Assembly: GCF_001194135.2 (NCBI RefSeq) | Contig: NC_068986.1 | Location: 7,124,794-7,188,793 of the forward strand | Direction: 5' to 3' | Origin: Octopus bimaculoides | Lineage: Eukaryota | DNA length: 64,000 bases | Shown: piece after piece, positions 60,716-64,000 of the stretch | Layout: the number at the start of each line of letters is the position of its first letter | Position numbering within the stretch: position 1 is the first letter of the stretch | Position numbers and translations under genes: made by a program | The notes under the pieces: generated by a model | What the model saw: the letters and a program-made list of their open reading frames with translations, nothing else | Told to the model about the DNA's origin: nothing | Databases searched by the model: none

Positions 60716-63095
60716 CTTTCGGCACATTGAAAGGTAGGTCTAGTGAGATTTTTGAGATGCTTGAACGGAGGTGTATTGACGTATGCTGCATTCATGAGGT
60801 AAGATGGAGAGGAGCTTCAGCCAGGTTCCTCACAAGCAAGACACACAGATATTAAACCTTCTTGGAAGGTAACAGCAATGGGGTAGGTGGTGTGGTGTGA
60901 GCATATTTCTTGCAGAGAAATGGGTGGATATGGTCACAGAGGTAGTCAAGAGTATATGATAGAGTACTTAAAGTCAGGCTAGTCTTGCAGAATAGTATAC
61001 TGGCAATTATCTCTGCCTGCGGCCACCAAGTAGGGATTCTACCAAATGTTGACTCAATTGAGTGACCAGCTATCTGAATCGAAAGTACCTTGGTAGATAA
61101 AGCAATGGAAGATATGAAGACAGAGAAAGCCCCCAGCTCATCTGTAATCACCACTGAGGTGCTTAAAATACCTGGCAGTGTGAGTCATGGTCTAGTCACC
61201 TGTATTATAAATCAGGTGGTACACAAAGGAGCCATACCCAATGACTGGTGTAGCAGTACCATAGTCAGCTGCTACAAAGGTAAAGGTGATGCTTTAGTTA
61301 GAAATAATTATAGAGGTATCAAACTGTTGGATCAAGTGATGAAAGTTATAGAGAGAGTGATAGCCCAAGTAATTAAGGAGGGAGATAGTCTAGATGAGAT
61401 GCAGTTTGGTTTTGTGCCAGGTAGAAGCACCACTGATGCTGTATTTCTGATAAGACAGCTGCAGGAGAAATACCTAGCCAAAAATAAACCTCTGTACTTG
61501 GCTTTTGTTAACTTGGAGAAAGCCTTTGACAGGTTCCCTTGATCCCTTATCTGGTGGTCAATGTGGAAACTAGGGATAGATGAGTGGCTGGTGAGAGCTG
61601 TATAAGCCATGTACAGGGACACTATCAGTAAAGTGAAGGTTGGCAATGAATACAGTGAATAATTCAGGGTACAAGTAGAGGTTCACCAAGCATCAGTCCT
61701 CAGCCACCTCTTATTCATCATATCAGAGGAATTCAAGACAGGCTACCCCTGGGAGCTCCTCTATGCCGATGACTTTGTTCTTATAGCTGAATCACTACCA
61801 GAACTGAAGATGAAGTTTCAGGTATGGAAGCAAGGTCTAGAATTGAAGGGCTTTGCAATTAACCTAGCAAAAACTAAAGTCTTAGTAAGTAGGAAAGCAG
61901 ACAAATCACAAAGCCCTTCAGGTAAATGACCCTGCTTGATGTGTGGAAAAGGCATAGGTAGAAGCTCCATAAGATGTAGAAAAGGCATATGTAGAAACTC
62001 CATAAGCTTTGGACACATAAGAAGTGAAGCAATATCAGAGGAAGGTTATGGAAAATAGCTTTTGTGTGTGGAAGATGCACACATACAGTAAACACCAAGA
62101 ATATACAGAAGATAGACTCCAACTGCCAGTGGGGCAAGCTAGAGATAGTGCATAGCTTATCTAGGGACCAAGACAGTTGTGGAGGTGGATGCTCTGATGC
62201 ATAGTTGTGAGAATAAGATTCAGCTGGGCAAAGTTTAGAGAGATCCTACCTCTGCTGGCCACAAAGGCCTCTCCCTCAGAGTGTAAAGCAGATTGTGCCT
62301 GTGTGGGAACAGCTACACTACACCGCAGTGAAACATGGGCTGTCACAACTGAGGACATGCGTAGGCTTGAAAGAAATGAAGCCAGTATTCTTCACTGGAT
62401 GTGCAATATCAGTGTGCATGTATGACAGAGTGTATGCATGTTGAGAGAAAAGTTGGGCATAAGAGGTATCAGATGTGGTGTGCAAGAGAGATGACTGCAC
62501 TGGTATGGCCATGTGATGTGTATGGATGAGGACAGCTGTGTAAAGAAGTGCCAATCTCTAACTGTGGAGGGAACCTGTGGCAGAGGTAGGCCCAGGAAGA
62601 CATGGGATGATGTGGCAAAGCATGATCTTCAAACTTTGGGCCTCACAGAGGTGATGACTAGTGACGGAGACCTTTGGCAATATGCTGTGTTTGAGAAAAC
62701 CCGCCAAGCCAAGTGAAATTGCAGTCATGGCTGATGCAGTGAGCATTGGGCCTCACGGAGGCAAAGTGGTTGATGCCAGTGGCATGTGAAAAGCACCTTT
62801 CAAGTGTTGGGCTTCACTGAGGCAATGACAAATGACCAAGACCTTTTGCATTATGTCGTACTTGAGAAGAAGACCCATCAAGCCAAATAAAATCACAGTC
62901 ATGGTAGGTACTGGTTTCACACAAACGACACGTGTTCCGGTGGCACATAAAAGCTACCATTACACTCTTGGAGTGGTTGGCATTAGGAAGGGTATCCAGC
63001 CGTAGAAACCATGCCTAATCAGAATGGAGTTTGGTGCAGCATCCCAGCCGGTCAACCTTGGTCAAACTGTCCAATTGTTGCCAGCATAGAGTTAA
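60712..63095 (+). mobile_element. EKTRQAK-type RTE LINE with a large internal deletion (EN N-terminus joined to RT), through the 3' UTR
   Basis: GTLKGRSSEI..MLERRCIDVCCI; deletion junction near 61020; NNYRGIKLLDQ, LLYADDF, ...EKTRQAK* at 62716; modular UTR and tail. Confidence 0.92.
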
Positions 63096-63225
63096 CATGT
63101 AGAGTGTGGGGCCCCTCAGAGCTCCAGGTCCTTGGGTAGTGCCTGATTGACTGACGGCTCAGCCCCACCTTCTGTGAGGAACTGAAGGAAATGTAACGCA
63201 ATGAATGAATTTATATGTCAGAACA

Positions 63226-63276
<51 letters not shown>

Positions 63277-63560
63277 AAGAGAGAGAGAGGGGCCCAAAAT
63301 AAATTAGCTGAGCTGATAGTCAAGAGGTCAACACATTGAGTTCACCTACCTATATTTATATATATTTATATATATTTTTTTTTAAATGCAAAACAATGGA
63401 ATTCATAAATCAGCAAATTGGTATTTTTACCTGGTATTTCAATATTTCAGGGTTGGGACTTCTTCCTCAGGAAATCTATGGAGAAAAGTTGGTATTCACT
63501 GAGTTCTCTGCTTTGTAGTGTGTGTATTTGATATGCAATACCCACCAAGTAGGCATACAA

Positions 63561-63619
<59 letters not shown>

Positions 63620-63763
63620 CNNNNNNNNNNACACACACACACACACACATATATACACACACACACACACACAAACACACATATATATACACACACATAT
63701 GTATATACATTTATATAGATAGATACATATATACTTATATATATATGTATATAACATTTAAAT

Positions 63764-64000
63764 CATCATCATCATCATCATCGTCGTTTAACGTCCGCTT
63801 TCCATGCTAGCATGGGTTGGACGATTTGACTGAGGACTGGTGAAACCGGATGGCAACACCAGGCTCCAGTCTGATTTGGCAGAGTTTCTACAGCTGGATG
63901 CCCTTCCTAACGCCAACCACTCAGAGAGTGTAGTGGGTGCTTTTACGTGTCACCCGCACGAAAACGGCCACGCTCGAAATGGTGTCTTTTATGTGCCACC
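63764..64000 (-). mobile_element. RTE 3' tail copy, near consensus, runs off the window
   Basis: Almost identical to 14409-14650. Confidence 0.9.

Noticed and set aside
63450-63495. tttcAG-flanked stretch as WDR37 exon 9
   Set aside because: In the required phase it reads QVGTSSSGNLWRKV, unlike the expected TVTSAVF WD40 continuation.

Overview
Eukaryotic, AT-rich, repeat-dense genomic DNA with many N gaps. The repeat families suggest an octopus (inference). The window carries one recognisable host gene on the + strand: WDR37 (coiled-coil plus WD40). Eight coding exons were reconstructed by hand (3941-4092, 6302-6372, 9932-10048, 11362-11547, 18878-19062, 51599-51659, 54016-54201, 54389-54527). 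All introns are GT-AG with consistent phases, giving about 365 codons; the 3' exons were not found and presumably lie beyond the window. The introns, especially the 32.5 kb intron 5, are filled with decayed RTE, CR1-like and Penelope retroelements, Tc1, mariner and maT transposons, a hAT MITE, several tRNA-derived SINE families and microsatellites. The most unusual signals are: (i) small elements carrying Penelope-type minimal hammerhead-ribozyme folds in three architectures, namely a ~227 bp palindrome with one hammerhead per strand (38549-38775), a tandem pair (430-537) and a tRNA-headed element (23866-24087); (ii) a CpG-rich, promoter-like island inside intron 5 with a candidate in-frame alternative first exon; (iii) a modular, hairpin-array 3' UTR of an RTE LINE that accounts for the most abundant 'SINE-like' repeat in the window. 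Almost all ORFs in the supplied track are TE remnants or microsatellite noise.
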